Positions 17,800 through 29,520 are shown, numbered from the stretch's first letter. The stretch is 64,000 nucleotides of DNA from Anaerolineales bacterium (GCA_026928255.1 JAIXKJ010000003.1:147833-211832); one strand, 5' to 3'. Made by a program: numbers and translations. Notes: generated by a model from the letters alone, not told the origin.

Positions 17800-19032
17800 A
17801 TGCGCGAACAGATTGAAGAAATCCCCGTCGGACAATTTAGGCATCTCGTTTCGGAACGCGCGTTAAACGGCGAAACCATGTTGCTCAACATGGGGCCGCA
17901 GCATCCGTCTACGCACGGCGTGTTGCGCCTGCTTTTGGAACTCGACGGCGAAACGGTAATCAACTGCATTCCCGACATCGGCTACCTGCACACGGGCGTC
18001 GAGAAAAACATGGAAGCGAAGACCTACCAAAAAGCCGAAGTGATGACCGACCGCCTCGACTACATGAATCCCATTGGCAACAACCTCGCCTATGTTATGG
18101 CGGTTGAAAAATTAGTGGATTTAGACGTGCCGCCGCGCGCGCAAGCCTTGCGCGTCATCCTCACCGAATTGCAGCGCATCTCTTCGCACCTCGTCTTAAT
18201 CGGCACCTGGGGGCTGGACTTGGGCGCGATGTCCATGTTCCTCTATTGCTTCCGCGAGCGCGAGTTATTGCTCAACATTTTTGAACTGGTCTCCGGTCAA
18301 CGCATGATGACCACTTACTTCCGCCCGGGCGGAGTGTGGCGCGACGCGCCGGTAGAATTTGAAGCCGCCGTGCGCGACTTCATCAAAATCTTCCCGCGCC
18401 GCATTGACGAGTACGAGCGTCTGCTGACGAAAAATCCGCTCTTCGTAGATCGCATGGTGGACATCGGCTACCTGAGCAAAGAAGCGGCGCTTTCCTACGG
18501 CGTAACCGGACCGAACCTGCGCGCTTCGGGCGTGAACTGGGATTTGCGAAAAGCGCGTCCCTACATGGGCTACGAACAATACGACTTTGACGTGCCCGTC
18601 GCAACCGAAGGCGACACCTACGCCCGTTATATTGTGCGAATCGAAGAATTCCGCCAATCGCTGCGAATCATCGAACAAGCGCTGGACAAACTGCCGATGG
18701 GACCCGTTCACTCGGACAACCGCAAATTCGTCCCGCCGCCGCGCGCGGAAATCGGCGTCAGCATGGAAGCGCTGATTCATCATTTCAAATTGTGGACGGA
18801 AGGCTTCCGCGCGCCGGACGCTTCCGTGTATAGCGCCGTCGAATCGCCGCGCGGCGAACTCGGCGTATTAATGGCCGGCGACGGCAGCGGCAAACCGCGC
18901 CGCGTTCACATGCGGACGCCGTCCTTCGACAACATTTCCGCAATTTCGGAAATGGTCAAAGGACATTTGGTCGCCGACTTGGTCGCCATCCTCGCCTCGA
19001 TTGACATCGTTCTGGGAGATATTGACCGATGA
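17800..19032 (+). CDS. nuoD: NADH-quinone oxidoreductase subunit D
   Basis: NMGPQHPSTHGVLRL, GYLHTGVEK, ESPRGE, DIVLGDIDR. Confidence 0.97.
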   Translation: MREQIEEIPVGQFRHLVSERALNGETMLLNMGPQHPSTHGVLRLLLELDGETVINCIPDIGYLHTGVEKNMEAKTYQKAEVMTDRLDYMNPIGNNLAYVMAVEKLVDLDVPPRAQALRVILTELQRISSHLVLIGTWGLDLGAMSMFLYCFRERELLLNIFELVSGQRMMTTYFRPGGVWRDAPVEFEAAVRDFIKIFPRRIDEYERLLTKNPLFVDRMVDIGYLSKEAALSYGVTGPNLRASGVNWDLRKARPYMGYEQYDFDVPVATEGDTYARYIVRIEEFRQSLRIIEQALDKLPMGPVHSDNRKFVPPPRAEIGVSMEALIHHFKLWTEGFRAPDASVYSAVESPRGELGVLMAGDGSGKPRRVHMRTPSFDNISAISEMVKGHLVADLVAILASIDIVLGDIDR

Positions 19033-19523
19033 GTCTTGAACAAAAATACCCTGAAGAAGTAAAGAAAATTTTAGCCAAATACCCGTCGGACTTCAAACGT
19101 TCGGCGATTATGCCCTTGCTTTTCCTCGCCCAACGCGAAGAAGGTTTCGTCACCAAAGAGGCGATTAAAGACATCGCCCAACTCGCGGACGTAACCGAAA
19201 CGGAAGTCGTTTCGATTATCGGTTTTTACACGCTCTATCACGATAAAAAAGAAGGCAAATACCGCATGCAAGTCTGCACCGATTTGCCTTGCGCTTTGCG
19301 CGGCGCGGATCAATTCCTCGACAAGTTGTGCGAAAATCTCGGCATCAAAGTCGGCGAGACGACCGAAGACGGAGTCGTTACCTTAGAGTCCGTGCAATGC
19401 CTCGCCTCGTGCGACCGCGCCCCCATGTTCCAAACGCAGGGACCGGACGGCATTAAATATCACGATTACATGACCGTAGATCGCACGATGGAATTGATCG
19501 AAGCGCTGAAAGGGAAGGGCTAA
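19029..19523 (+). CDS. nuoE: NADH-quinone oxidoreductase subunit E
   Basis: CTDLPC...CLASC [2Fe-2S] ligands. Confidence 0.95.
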   Translation: MSLEQKYPEEVKKILAKYPSDFKRSAIMPLLFLAQREEGFVTKEAIKDIAQLADVTETEVVSIIGFYTLYHDKKEGKYRMQVCTDLPCALRGADQFLDKLCENLGIKVGETTEDGVVTLESVQCLASCDRAPMFQTQGPDGIKYHDYMTVDRTMELIEALKGKG

Positions 19524-19525
19524 CT

Positions 19526-20773
19526 ATGGCGCATATCCTTTTACGCCACCGCGACATTCCCGACATTGACAAACTGAGCGTCTATAAAAAGAACGGCGGA
19601 TTCGCCGCTTATAAAAACGCCGTTACAAAAATGAAGCCCAACGAAGTGGCGGACGTGGTCAAAAACTCCGGCTTGCGCGGGCGCGGCGGCGCGGGCTTCC
19701 CGACCGGCATGAAGTGGTCTTTCGCCGACAAAAATAGCTGGCCGCATTACATCATCGCCAACGGCGACGAATCCGAACCGGGCACTTTCAAAGACCGCGA
19801 AATTATGGAAAACAACCCCTTCCAATTTTTGGAAGGGCTGGCGACTGGCGCCTACGCCACCGGCTCGAACACCGCCTACATTTATCTGCGCGGCGAGTTT
19901 TGGCAAGTGGCAGAATTTTTAGACGGCAAAATTGCGGAAATGGAAGAAGCGGGTTATCTCGGAGAAAAAATCTTCGGCACGGATTTCTCGCTCAGAATTT
20001 ACACGCATCTCGGCGCGGGCGCGTACATCTGCGGCGAAGAGACCGCCTTGCTCGAATCGCTCGAAGGGCGGCGCGGACAGCCGCGCGTGCGCCCGCCGTT
20101 TCCCCCGTCCGAAGGCTTGTACGGCAAACCGACCATCATCAACAACGTCGAAACCTTCACCAACGTCCCGATGATTCTCGCCAACGGCGCAGACTGGTAC
20201 AAAAGCATGGGCACGGCAGACAGCGCGGGCGTGAAAATCTTCTCGCTTTCCGGGCGCGTGCGAAAGCCGGGCAACTACGAACTGCCCTTCGGCACAACCT
20301 TCCGCCAGTTAATTTACGAACACGGCATGGGCGTTCAAGACGGGCGACCGATCAAATCCATCATGCCTGCGGGCGCGTCGTCTTCCGTCATCGTCGTGGA
20401 CGAAAAAGTGTTGGACACGCCGCTCGATTACGCCTCCGTTCGCACCTTCGGCTCGGAACTTGGCTCCGCCTCGATCATCGTCCTCGACGACACAGTCGAG
20501 ATGAATTGGGTCATCAACAAAACCGTGCATTTCTTCAAACATGAATCGTGCGGAAAATGCACCCCCTGCCGCGAAGGCACGCACTGGATGCGCTACCTGA
20601 CAGAACGCATCGAACTCGGCGACGCCACCAGCGCCGACGTGGATTTGCTGCTGAACGTCGCCAAACAAATGCAAGGCAAATGCTTGTGCGCGTTGGGCGA
20701 ATTCTCGACGATGGCGGTAGTTACCAGCATCGAACGGTTTGCGGACGATTTCAAAAAAGCGGTAAAGGCTTAA
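19526..20773 (+). CDS. nuoF: NADH-quinone oxidoreductase subunit F
   Basis: GLRGRGGAGFPTG, NGDESEPGT, GAGAYICGEET, CGKCTPCREG. Confidence 0.97.
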   Translation: MAHILLRHRDIPDIDKLSVYKKNGGFAAYKNAVTKMKPNEVADVVKNSGLRGRGGAGFPTGMKWSFADKNSWPHYIIANGDESEPGTFKDREIMENNPFQFLEGLATGAYATGSNTAYIYLRGEFWQVAEFLDGKIAEMEEAGYLGEKIFGTDFSLRIYTHLGAGAYICGEETALLESLEGRRGQPRVRPPFPPSEGLYGKPTIINNVETFTNVPMILANGADWYKSMGTADSAGVKIFSLSGRVRKPGNYELPFGTTFRQLIYEHGMGVQDGRPIKSIMPAGASSSVIVVDEKVLDTPLDYASVRTFGSELGSASIIVLDDTVEMNWVINKTVHFFKHESCGKCTPCREGTHWMRYLTERIELGDATSADVDLLLNVAKQMQGKCLCALGEFSTMAVVTSIERFADDFKKAVKA

Positions 20774-20779
20774 GCGATT

Positions 20780-23257
20780 ATGGGTAAAAAGATCACTCTT
20801 ACAGTTGACGGAAAGCAAATCTCCGTATCGGCGGGCATGAACGTCGTGGACGCGGCGAAGGAAGCGGGCATTGAAATTCCCGTCTTCTGCCATCACCCCA
20901 AAATGGATCCCGTCGGCATGTGCCGCATGTGCCTCGTCGAAATCGGGCGTCCCGTGCGCGACCGCGCCACCGGCGAATTCGTCATGGAAGACGGAAAGCC
21001 GAAAATTCAATTCATGCCCAAATTAGAAACCGCCTGCACCAACAAGGCGGAAGACGGCATGGTCGTCGTTACGCAATCGCCGCGCGTGAAAGACGCGCAA
21101 CGCGGCACGGTTGAATTTTTGCTCACCTCGCACCCGTTGGATTGCCCGGTCTGCGACAAAGGCGGCGAATGTCCGCTGCAAGATTTGACGATGAAATACG
21201 GGCCGGGAAAAAGCCGCTTCGACCTCAGCCAAAAACAACACTTTGAAAAAGCGCTCCCGCTGGGGGAGTTAATTTACCTCGACCGCGAACGCTGCATCTT
21301 CTGCGCTCGTTGCGTGCGCTTCCAAGACGAAATTGCCGGCGAAGCCGTCCTCGCCTTTGACGACCGCAACCGCCTAACGCACATTATCTCCGAATCCGAA
21401 CCGGGCTTCAACTCGGTATTTTCGGGCAACACCACCGACATCTGCCCCGTCGGCGCGCTGACCACGACCGACTTCCGCTTTGGCGCTCGCCCGTGGGAAA
21501 TGCAAGCCGAATCTTCGATTTGTATGCAATGCCCCGTCGGCTGCAACATCACCTTCAACACCCGCCGCGAAGCGGGCTCGGACGGCGAAATTGTCATCAA
21601 GCGCGTCATGCCGCGTCAAAACGAAGAAGTCAACGAAATTTGGCTTTGCGACAAAGGGCGTTTTTCCACGCACCATTACGCCGAAGGCAAAGAACGCTTG
21701 ACCAAACCGATGCTTCGCAAAGAAGACAAACTCGTCCGCGCCTCATGGGACAACGCCCTCAAAGCGGCGGGCGAAGCCTTCAACGCCAACAAAAAAGATT
21801 TCGTCGTTTTGGCTTCGGGGCGGCTTTCAAACGAAGACCTCTTCAACCTCAAATCGCTGGCGGACACCGTCGGCGGCGAAACGATTTTATATTCCGACAT
21901 GGGCGGCGGCGAGTTGACGCAACTGGTCGGCGTTGGCGCGGGAACGAATTTGAGCGAACTCGGCGCGGGCGACGCGATTTTAGTCTTCGCCTCCGACTTA
22001 TACGAAGAAGCGCCGATTTGGCATTTGCGCGTCAAACAAGCGGCGGAGCGCGGCGCGACGGTCATCGTCGCCGCAGGCAGACAAACCAAACTCGACCGCT
22101 TCGCCAAACACGTCATCCGCTACGCTTACGGCGACGAATTAAAAACGATTAGCGACCTGGCGAAGGGCGGCGCTGAAATTGCCGACGAATTCGCCGCCGC
22201 GAAAAACGCTGTCGTCTTCTACGGCAGCGACGGCTTGGGCGTCAACGGCACGTCCGCAGTTGCCGCCGCCTGCGCCGATTTGTTAAAAGAGACCAATCAT
22301 ATCGGCGGACCGAACAACGGCTTAATCGGCGTTTGGCAGCGAGCCAACGATCAAGGCGCGTTTGAAATCGGCTTCCGCCCGACGGAAGATTTGGCGAAAG
22401 CGCTGAAAGGCAAAGCGGTTTACATCGTCGGCGCAGACCCAGTCGGCGACGACCCGAATTACGCCAAAGCCTTGAAGGGCGCGAAATTCGTCGCCGTGCA
22501 GGAGCTGCGCGAAAGCGCGACGACCGACATCGCGGACGTTGTCTTCCCCGCGCAAGCCTTCGTCGAACGAGACGGCAGCGTAACTTCCGGCGAGCGGCGC
22601 ATTCAGCGCTTCTATGCAACCTTGCCCGTCAAAGGCGACGCCAAACCTGACTACGCCATTACCGCTTTGCTCGCCAAACAAATGGGCGTAATTTTGCAAA
22701 GCGCGTCCGCTTCGGTGGTGTTTGAAATTCTCGCTCATTCGATAGAAGCCTTCAACGAGTTGACCTATGACTCGCTCGCCGAAGTCAAAGAGCAATGGCC
22801 CATTGTCGGGCGCGACGACATGTACTACGGCGGCACAACCTACGCAAACAAAAAAGGCATGGGCGTGCAACTCATCCCTGCCGCGCAGGCTGGGGGAGCG
22901 GTGAAAATTCAAAAGATGAGGAAAGAGGCGGCTCTTCGTCCCAAAGCAGACGAGGTGTTGGCTGTTCCCGTCAATAAATTATACGATCTTGGCGTAACCG
23001 TCAAATCGGCGGGAATCCTCGACGAGCGCATCGGCGAATTAAAAATCAGCGTCAATTCGGCGACGGCGAAAAAACTAGACGCGGAAGCCGGACAGATCGT
23101 CAAAATCAGTTTTGAGGGCGCGCAAGGCGAAGGCGTCGTCAAAATTGACGACAGCGTGGCGGCGGGCGTGGCGTTAATTCCGCGCAGCATGGGCGTCGCC
23201 ATCCACGAGCCGATTATCGCGCGCGCGCAAATTAAAACTGGCGGGAAGGCGAAATGA
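20780..23257 (+). CDS. nuoG: NADH-quinone oxidoreductase subunit G
   Basis: CHHP...CRMC, HPLDCPVCDKGGEC, CIFCARC, and CMQCPVGC...C (N7 site). Confidence 0.95.
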   Translation: MGKKITLTVDGKQISVSAGMNVVDAAKEAGIEIPVFCHHPKMDPVGMCRMCLVEIGRPVRDRATGEFVMEDGKPKIQFMPKLETACTNKAEDGMVVVTQSPRVKDAQRGTVEFLLTSHPLDCPVCDKGGECPLQDLTMKYGPGKSRFDLSQKQHFEKALPLGELIYLDRERCIFCARCVRFQDEIAGEAVLAFDDRNRLTHIISESEPGFNSVFSGNTTDICPVGALTTTDFRFGARPWEMQAESSICMQCPVGCNITFNTRREAGSDGEIVIKRVMPRQNEEVNEIWLCDKGRFSTHHYAEGKERLTKPMLRKEDKLVRASWDNALKAAGEAFNANKKDFVVLASGRLSNEDLFNLKSLADTVGGETILYSDMGGGELTQLVGVGAGTNLSELGAGDAILVFASDLYEEAPIWHLRVKQAAERGATVIVAAGRQTKLDRFAKHVIRYAYGDELKTISDLAKGGAEIADEFAAAKNAVVFYGSDGLGVNGTSAVAAACADLLKETNHIGGPNNGLIGVWQRANDQGAFEIGFRPTEDLAKALKGKAVYIVGADPVGDDPNYAKALKGAKFVAVQELRESATTDIADVVFPAQAFVERDGSVTSGERRIQRFYATLPVKGDAKPDYAITALLAKQMGVILQSASASVVFEILAHSIEAFNELTYDSLAEVKEQWPIVGRDDMYYGGTTYANKKGMGVQLIPAAQAGGAVKIQKMRKEAALRPKADEVLAVPVNKLYDLGVTVKSAGILDERIGELKISVNSATAKKLDAEAGQIVKISFEGAQGEGVVKIDDSVAAGVALIPRSMGVAIHEPIIARAQIKTGGKAK

Positions 23258-24429
23258 CGATGGATTGGACAATGTGGCTCGAATGGTTTCTCAAAGGGTT
23301 GGTCATGTGCCTTATCCTTTTGGGAGGCTTCGCCTATTTGACGCTTTACGAGCGCCGCGCTTTGGCGCGCATTCAGACGCGCGTCGGTCCGAACCGCGCC
23401 GGCCCGCAAGGGATTTTGCAGCCCATCGCGGACGCGGTTAAGTTAATTTTCAAAGAAGAACTTACGCCCGCGAGCGTGTATAAAACGGTGTTTATCCTCG
23501 CGCCGGTGATTACGGTCGTGCCGTCGCTGGTCATCGCGGCGGTCATTCCGCTCGGCGGGACGTTTATGCTGGGCGGGCGCGAGATCGCCTTGTCCGTCGC
23601 AGACCTCAACGTCGGCGTGCTTTACCTGACGGCAATCGCTTCGGTGGCGGTGTACGGCATCGTCTTGGCGGGCTGGTCGAGCAACAACAAATACGCCATG
23701 CTCGGCGGAGTCCGCTCGGCGGCGCAAATGATTTCTTACGAAATTTCGCTCGGCTTGTGCTTTGTGCTGGCGGTCATTTTGAGCGCATTAGGCAACCCCG
23801 AAGGCGGCTCGATGAATTTGCGCGAAATTGTGGACGCGCAACGCGGCATGTGGTTTGCCGTGTATCAGCCGTTGGGCGCGGTGATCTTCTTCTTCGTTAC
23901 GCTGGCGGAAGTTAACCGCGCGCCCTTCGATATGCCCGAAGCCGAACAAGAACTGACGGCGGGGTATCACGCCGAATATTCGGGTATGAAATTCGCCCTG
24001 TTCTTCATGGCGGAATATCAAAAGATGATTGTCGTTTCGCTCATCGGCATTACGCTCTTTTTCGGCGGCTACCGCGAACTTTGGTTTATGACCGATTGGT
24101 TCGGCGGCGCATTAAGCGTGGACAAACACTGGTTTTTAGGTCCCGTTTATTTGTTTATCAAAACTTTTATCTTCCTCTTTTTTATGATTTGGGTTCGCGC
24201 CACCTGGCCCCGTATTCGCTACGACCGCCTCATGGCGCTGGGCTGGAAGATTTTCCTTCCGCTGTGTTTAGCGTTAGTTTTCATCACGGCGGTCGGCATT
24301 TTACTAGTGGACTTCACCGGCTCTCGCGTTTGGATTTGGGGCGTGCCTGTGTTGTCAATTCTTTGCGGCGCGGCGGTAAGCGCGTTTATTTACCGCGATT
24401 TGAGGAGAAAATCTCATGGGCGTATTTGA
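23254..24429 (+). CDS. nuoH: NADH-quinone oxidoreductase subunit H
   Basis: QTRVGPNR...[24 protein letters not shown]. Confidence 0.96.
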   Translation: MTMDWTMWLEWFLKGLVMCLILLGGFAYLTLYERRALARIQTRVGPNRAGPQGILQPIADAVKLIFKEELTPASVYKTVFILAPVITVVPSLVIAAVIPLGGTFMLGGREIALSVADLNVGVLYLTAIASVAVYGIVLAGWSSNNKYAMLGGVRSAAQMISYEISLGLCFVLAVILSALGNPEGGSMNLREIVDAQRGMWFAVYQPLGAVIFFFVTLAEVNRAPFDMPEAEQELTAGYHAEYSGMKFALFFMAEYQKMIVVSLIGITLFFGGYRELWFMTDWFGGALSVDKHWFLGPVYLFIKTFIFLFFMIWVRATWPRIRYDRLMALGWKIFLPLCLALVFITAVGILLVDFTGSRVWIWGVPVLSILCGAAVSAFIYRDLRRKSHGRI

Positions 24430-24958
24430 CCCCGTTATCGAACTGACCAAAGGACTCGGCGAAACGTTGCGCTCCTTTTTCTTCGAGCCGACGGTTACGG
24501 TTAACTATCCCGAAGAAAAGCAGCCCGTCCGCCCGCGCTTTCGCGGACGACACGTTTTGAAGCGCTACGACAACGGCTTAGAAAAATGCATCGGTTGCGC
24601 CTTGTGCGCCGCCGCCTGCCCGTCGGACGCGATCTTCGTCGAAGCGGCGGAAAACACCGACGAAAAGCGCTACTCGCCCGGCGAACGCTACGCCTCGACC
24701 TACGAAATCAACATGATGCGCTGCATCTACTGCGGCTTCTGCGAAGACGCCTGCCCGACCGAAGCCATCGTCTTGGGCGATAACTACGAACTTTCCTTCG
24801 TCAGCCGCGAAGACGCCATCTACACTAAAGAGCAGCTGCTCGAAGTCGTCGCGGACGAATCCATGCTCACGCCGCGCAAAACGGAAAAAGGCGTTTACAC
24901 GCGCTCCGTGCCTGAGATGAAAAATCCCGCCGATTACGAGCGTTACGAGAGAAAATAA
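24416..24958 (+). CDS. nuoI: NADH-quinone oxidoreductase subunit I
   Basis: [12 protein letters not shown] and [12 protein letters not shown]. Confidence 0.96.
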   Translation: MGVFDPVIELTKGLGETLRSFFFEPTVTVNYPEEKQPVRPRFRGRHVLKRYDNGLEKCIGCALCAAACPSDAIFVEAAENTDEKRYSPGERYASTYEINMMRCIYCGFCEDACPTEAIVLGDNYELSFVSREDAIYTKEQLLEVVADESMLTPRKTEKGVYTRSVPEMKNPADYERYERK

Positions 24959-24962
24959 AACA

Positions 24963-25487
24963 ATGAATTCCGAGTTGATCGTTTTCCTTGTCCTCTCCCT
25001 TGTCGCCATTGCCACCGCGCTGGGGATGTTGTTCAGCCGCAACGCGGTCTATGCCGCCTTGTTCCTCGCCTTGAATTTTGTCGCCGTCGCAATTTTCTAT
25101 CTGCTGCTCGGCGCGCCCTTCGTTGCGATGGCGCAAATTACCGTTTACGCGGGCGCGATTATGGTCTTGTTCCTCTTCGTCATCATGCTTTTGGGCGTGA
25201 AAGATTTAGAGCCGACTCGCGCCCTGCCTTGGCAAAAACCGCTGGCGATTGCGCTGTCCGTCATCCTCGCGGCGGAGGCGACCTATGTGCTGTTGGCAAA
25301 GGCGCGGACGACGATGATGGTCGCCTCTCCCGACGCTTCGCTCAACACGATGGAAAGTCTGCGTAATTTGTCCGTCATGCTGTTCAGCGATTACCTTTTC
25401 CCTTTTGAAGTTACGTCCATTTTGCTGTTAGTGGCGATGATCGGCGCGATTGTTTTGTCGCATCGCAACAAAAAGGAGACGAAATAA
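24963..25487 (+). CDS. nuoJ: NADH-quinone oxidoreductase subunit J
   Basis: [20 protein letters not shown]. Confidence 0.95.
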   Translation: MNSELIVFLVLSLVAIATALGMLFSRNAVYAALFLALNFVAVAIFYLLLGAPFVAMAQITVYAGAIMVLFLFVIMLLGVKDLEPTRALPWQKPLAIALSVILAAEATYVLLAKARTTMMVASPDASLNTMESLRNLSVMLFSDYLFPFEVTSILLLVAMIGAIVLSHRNKKETK

Positions 25488-25789
25488 TGGTCTCGGTTAA
25501 TTATTATGTCGCGCTTTCGGCGATTTTATTTTCCATTGGCGCCTTGGGCGTGCTTTCGCGCCGCAACACGCTGATTGTCTTCATGTCTATCGAATTAATG
25601 CTCAACGCCGCCAACCTCGCTTTCGTCGCCTACGCCAGAACATACGATACGTTTAGCGGACAAATCTTCGCTTTCTTCGTCATCGCCATCGCCGCGGCCG
25701 AAGTGGCAATCGGCTTGGCGTTGGTTGTGGAAATTTACAAATCAAGAAACAACGTCAACATTGACGACGTCAACTCGCTCCATGGATAA
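25487..25789 (+). CDS. nuoK: NADH-quinone oxidoreductase subunit K
   Basis: [12 protein letters not shown]...[11 protein letters not shown]. Confidence 0.96.
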   Translation: MVSVNYYVALSAILFSIGALGVLSRRNTLIVFMSIELMLNAANLAFVAYARTYDTFSGQIFAFFVIAIAAAEVAIGLALVVEIYKSRNNVNIDDVNSLHG

Positions 25790-25806
25790 TTCTTGCGGAG
25801 AATGCG

Positions 25807-27924
25807 ATGCACTTAAGTGAAACGATGAATTCGGGATTTTATTATTTAGCGCCGTTGTTGGTTTTCGCGCCGCTGGTTGGATTGTTAATCAACGGCTTCT
25901 TCGGAAAATACCTTTCCGAAAAAGTCGTCGGCGCAATTGCCAGCCTCGCCTCGGGGACGACCTTCCTCGTCGCGGTTTTGTTGGCGCACTCGACGGCGCT
26001 CAATCACGGGCAGGTCGTTCAAGTCCCGTTCGCCGCTTGGATTCATGCGGGCGGCTTGCAACTGGATTGGACCTTCCGCGTGGACACGCTCTCGACGACC
26101 ATGATGCTCGTCGTCTCCGGCGTGGGGACGCTCATCCACATTTACGCCATCGGTTACATGCACGAAGACGTGCGCTTCAAACACGACGAAGCGCGTTTCA
26201 GCCGCTTCTTCGTCTTCTTGAATCTCTTCATCTTATCCATGATGATTCTCGTCTCCGGCGATTCCTACCTAATGCTCTTCGTCGGATGGGAAGGCGTGGG
26301 CTTATGCTCTTTCCTCCTTATCGGCTTTTGGTACGAATTGGATTTGCTCAGCCTGCCCTCTTGGTCAAACTCGAACGCCGCGAAGAAAGCCTTCATCACC
26401 AGCCGCATCGGCGACGTGGGCTTCCTCATCGCCATGTTCCTTACCTTTTGGCATTTCGGCTCGCTCCAATTTGACGCCGCCTTTCAAGCCGCGCCGTCGG
26501 TGGCGCAAGTTTCGCCCGGCGCAATAACCGCCATCACGCTCTTCATGCTTTTGGGCGTGGCGGGCAAGTCGGCGCAGATTCCGCTTTACGTTTGGTTGCC
26601 TGACGCGATGGCGGGCCCGACTCCCGTCTCGGCATTAATCCACGCCGCGACGATGGTTACGGCGGGCATTTACCTCATTGCCCGTTCCGCGCCTGTTTAC
26701 TCGCTCGTCCCGCAGGCGCAGTACATCGTCGCCTTAGTCGGCGCGGCGACGGCGCTCTTCGCCGCCACCATCGCCGTCGGACAATACGACATCAAAAAAG
26801 TTCTCGCTTACTCGACGATTTCGCAACTCGGATTCATGGTCGCCGCAGTAGGCAGCGGCGCTTTCGTCGCGGGGATGTTCCATCTAATCACGCACGCTTT
26901 CTTCAAAGCGCTGCTCTTCCTTTCGGCGGGTTCGGTCATCTTAGGCATCGAGCGCGGACATCACACGCACGCCCATCATGCCGAGCCGAAAGGCAAAAAG
27001 AAAAAAGAAGAACACGCGGAAGTTTTTGACCCAGGCGACATGCGTAATATGGGCGGACTTCGCAAGACCATGCCGACTACCTTTTGGGTGTACGTCGTCG
27101 GCACGTTGGCTCTGGCGGGCATTGTGCCGTTTTCTGGCTTCTGGTCAAAAGACGAAATTCTCTTGGAGACCAGCCTGCATTACCCGCTGATTTATTGGCT
27201 GTTGACCGCCGCCGCTTTCTTCACCGCCTTTTACATGGGACGTCAAATTTGGCTGGTCTTCTTCGGCGAACCTCGCAGCGACGCGGCGAAACACTCGCAA
27301 GAAAGCCCGCCAGTGATGACCATTCCGCTGATTGTTTTGGCGGCGTTGAGTCTGCTGGGCGGCGCGCTGAATCTGCCGTTTAGCGGATTCCACAACCTGA
27401 CGCATTGGCTCTCGTCCACGATTAGCGGCGTCGAAAGCCTGCCGTTTAATTGGGGCGTCGCGGGCATGTCCACGCTGTTGGCGGTTTTGGCGCTGGTCGT
27501 TTCGTGGTTCTTGTACGGGCGCAATCCGCTAAAAGAAAAACAAATTGACCCGTTGAAAAAACCGCTCGGCTGGGCGTTTACGGGCATGGAAAATAAATGG
27601 TTCGTGGACGAACTCTACCGCGCCGTGGTCATCGGACCCTACGAGCGCCTCGCCGCCTTCCTCGCCGACGCGGTGGACTGGAAATTCTGGCACGACTTCG
27701 TCCACGACACATTAATCGTCGGCGGCTTCAACGGCTTGACCAAAACCCTGCTCGACCGCAACGTTGACCAACGCGGCATTGACGCCTTCTTCAACAGTTG
27801 GGGCGCGTTTGCCGAATGGCTTTCCGCCAACTTGCGAAAAGCCCAAAACGGCTTCATCCGCACCTACGCGCTCGCCACCTTGCTGGGCGTTGTCCTAATT
27901 TTAGGCTACCTGATTTTGAAATAA
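25807..27924 (+). CDS. nuoL: NADH-quinone oxidoreductase subunit L
   Basis: GWEGVGLCSF, KSAQIPLYVWLPDAMAGPTPVSALIHAATMV, HAFFKALLFL. Confidence 0.96.
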   Translation: MHLSETMNSGFYYLAPLLVFAPLVGLLINGFFGKYLSEKVVGAIASLASGTTFLVAVLLAHSTALNHGQVVQVPFAAWIHAGGLQLDWTFRVDTLSTTMMLVVSGVGTLIHIYAIGYMHEDVRFKHDEARFSRFFVFLNLFILSMMILVSGDSYLMLFVGWEGVGLCSFLLIGFWYELDLLSLPSWSNSNAAKKAFITSRIGDVGFLIAMFLTFWHFGSLQFDAAFQAAPSVAQVSPGAITAITLFMLLGVAGKSAQIPLYVWLPDAMAGPTPVSALIHAATMVTAGIYLIARSAPVYSLVPQAQYIVALVGAATALFAATIAVGQYDIKKVLAYSTISQLGFMVAAVGSGAFVAGMFHLITHAFFKALLFLSAGSVILGIERGHHTHAHHAEPKGKKKKEEHAEVFDPGDMRNMGGLRKTMPTTFWVYVVGTLALAGIVPFSGFWSKDEILLETSLHYPLIYWLLTAAAFFTAFYMGRQIWLVFFGEPRSDAAKHSQESPPVMTIPLIVLAALSLLGGALNLPFSGFHNLTHWLSSTISGVESLPFNWGVAGMSTLLAVLALVVSWFLYGRNPLKEKQIDPLKKPLGWAFTGMENKWFVDELYRAVVIGPYERLAAFLADAVDWKFWHDFVHDTLIVGGFNGLTKTLLDRNVDQRGIDAFFNSWGAFAEWLSANLRKAQNGFIRTYALATLLGVVLILGYLILK

Positions 27925-27948
27925 CTCGTAGAAAACCGAGGATAGATT

Positions 27949-29466
27949 ATGGAATTTCTTTTGCAACCTCTTACGCTCGTAACCTTTTTCCCGTTGTTGG
28001 GCGTCTTCGTCATCGCCTTTATCAACGCCGAAAAGAAAGATGCCATCCGCTGGACGGCGCTGATTACCGCGCTGGCGACGCTCTTAATCTCGTTTTGGGC
28101 CTTCGCTCAATTTGATAAAACCAACCCGAACTTGCAGTTGGAAGCCAAATACGCTTGGATTCGCGTCGCCGATTGGAACATCTACTACTACCTCGCGGTG
28201 GACGGGCTGAGCATTTTGCTCGTGCTGCTGACGACTCTCCTCTCCGCCATTTCCATCCTCTCCGCGTGGAGCGCCGTGCAAGAGCGCGTCAAAGAATTCA
28301 TGATCTTCTTCCTTTTGCTGGAAGTCGGCATGACGGGCGTTTTTCTCGCGCAAGATTTATTCCTCTTCTACATCTTTTGGGAATTTACGCTCGTGCCGAT
28401 GTACTTCATCATCGGCATTTGGGGCGGACCGCGCCGCATCTACTCCGCCTTGAAATTTTTCCTCTATACCATGGCGGGTTCGATCCTCATGCTTTTAGCC
28501 ATCATCTACTTGGGCGTGCAAGCGCAAAACACCTTCAACGTTCCCGAACTGTTGGCACGTCTCCCGCAACTTTACGCCAGCGGACAAATTTCCCCAACCG
28601 CGCAGATGCTGCTCTTCGTCGCCTTTGCGCTTTCCTTCGCCATCAAAGTTCCGATGTGGCCCCTGCACTCCTGGCTGCCCGACGCCCACGTTGAAGCGCC
28701 GACGGCTGGCTCGGTCATCCTTGCGGGCGTTTTATTGAAAATGGGAACATACGGCTTCCTGCGCTTTAACATTCCGCTCTTCCCGAACGCGACCATCCAA
28801 GCCGCCCCGTGGATGGCGTTGCTGGCGACCATCGGCATTTTGTACGGCGCGGCGGTCTCCTACGCCCAAGCGGACATCAAAAAACTGGTCGCGTATTCTT
28901 CCGTCAGCCACTTGGGATTCGTCATGCTCGGCCTCTTCGCCCTCAACGCCGAAGGCGTCTCTGGCGCGATTTTGCAAATGGTCAATCACGGGCTCAGCAC
29001 CGGCGCGTTATTCCTTCTTATCGGCATGGTTTACGAGCAGACGCACACCCGCCAATTTAGCGATTACGGCGGCTTGTGGAAAGCGATGCCAATCTTCGCC
29101 GTGATGATGCTCATCGCCGTCTTCTCTTCGATGGGCTTGCCTGGCTTAAACGGCTTCGTCGGCGAGTTTACGATTTTGCTCGGCGCGTTTGGCTCAAAAG
29201 CCATCGCCAGCCCTTGGTACGCGGGCTTTTCCACGTTGGGCGTCATTTTAGCGGCGGTCTATCTGCTTTACTTATTCCAAAAAATGTTCCTCGGACCCGA
29301 CGGAAAAGTGATTACAGAACACAAGTTGAAAGACCTCAACTGGCGCGAAATCGTTACCATGATTCCGTTGGTTGTCTTCATCTTCTGGATCGGCTTATAC
29401 CCCAAACCGTTCTTTGACATCCTCGCCCCTGCGGTCGAGAAATTGCTGTCCGCGTTGCCTTTGTAG
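27949..29466 (+). CDS. nuoM: NADH-quinone oxidoreductase subunit M
   Basis: FWEFTLVPMYF, KVPMWPLHSWLPDAHVEAP, LAGVLLKMG. Confidence 0.96.
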   Translation: MEFLLQPLTLVTFFPLLGVFVIAFINAEKKDAIRWTALITALATLLISFWAFAQFDKTNPNLQLEAKYAWIRVADWNIYYYLAVDGLSILLVLLTTLLSAISILSAWSAVQERVKEFMIFFLLLEVGMTGVFLAQDLFLFYIFWEFTLVPMYFIIGIWGGPRRIYSALKFFLYTMAGSILMLLAIIYLGVQAQNTFNVPELLARLPQLYASGQISPTAQMLLFVAFALSFAIKVPMWPLHSWLPDAHVEAPTAGSVILAGVLLKMGTYGFLRFNIPLFPNATIQAAPWMALLATIGILYGAAVSYAQADIKKLVAYSSVSHLGFVMLGLFALNAEGVSGAILQMVNHGLSTGALFLLIGMVYEQTHTRQFSDYGGLWKAMPIFAVMMLIAVFSSMGLPGLNGFVGEFTILLGAFGSKAIASPWYAGFSTLGVILAAVYLLYLFQKMFLGPDGKVITEHKLKDLNWREIVTMIPLVVFIFWIGLYPKPFFDILAPAVEKLLSALPL

Positions 29467-29520
29467 TTGACCTAAGACGACGAGTTGAAATTTGCTCGTC
29501 GTCGGAATTTCGGAGCGTTC

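Noticed and set aside
26953-27020. His/Lys-rich loop in NuoL as a metal sensor
   Set aside because: Variable loops at this position are common and nothing else supports a function.
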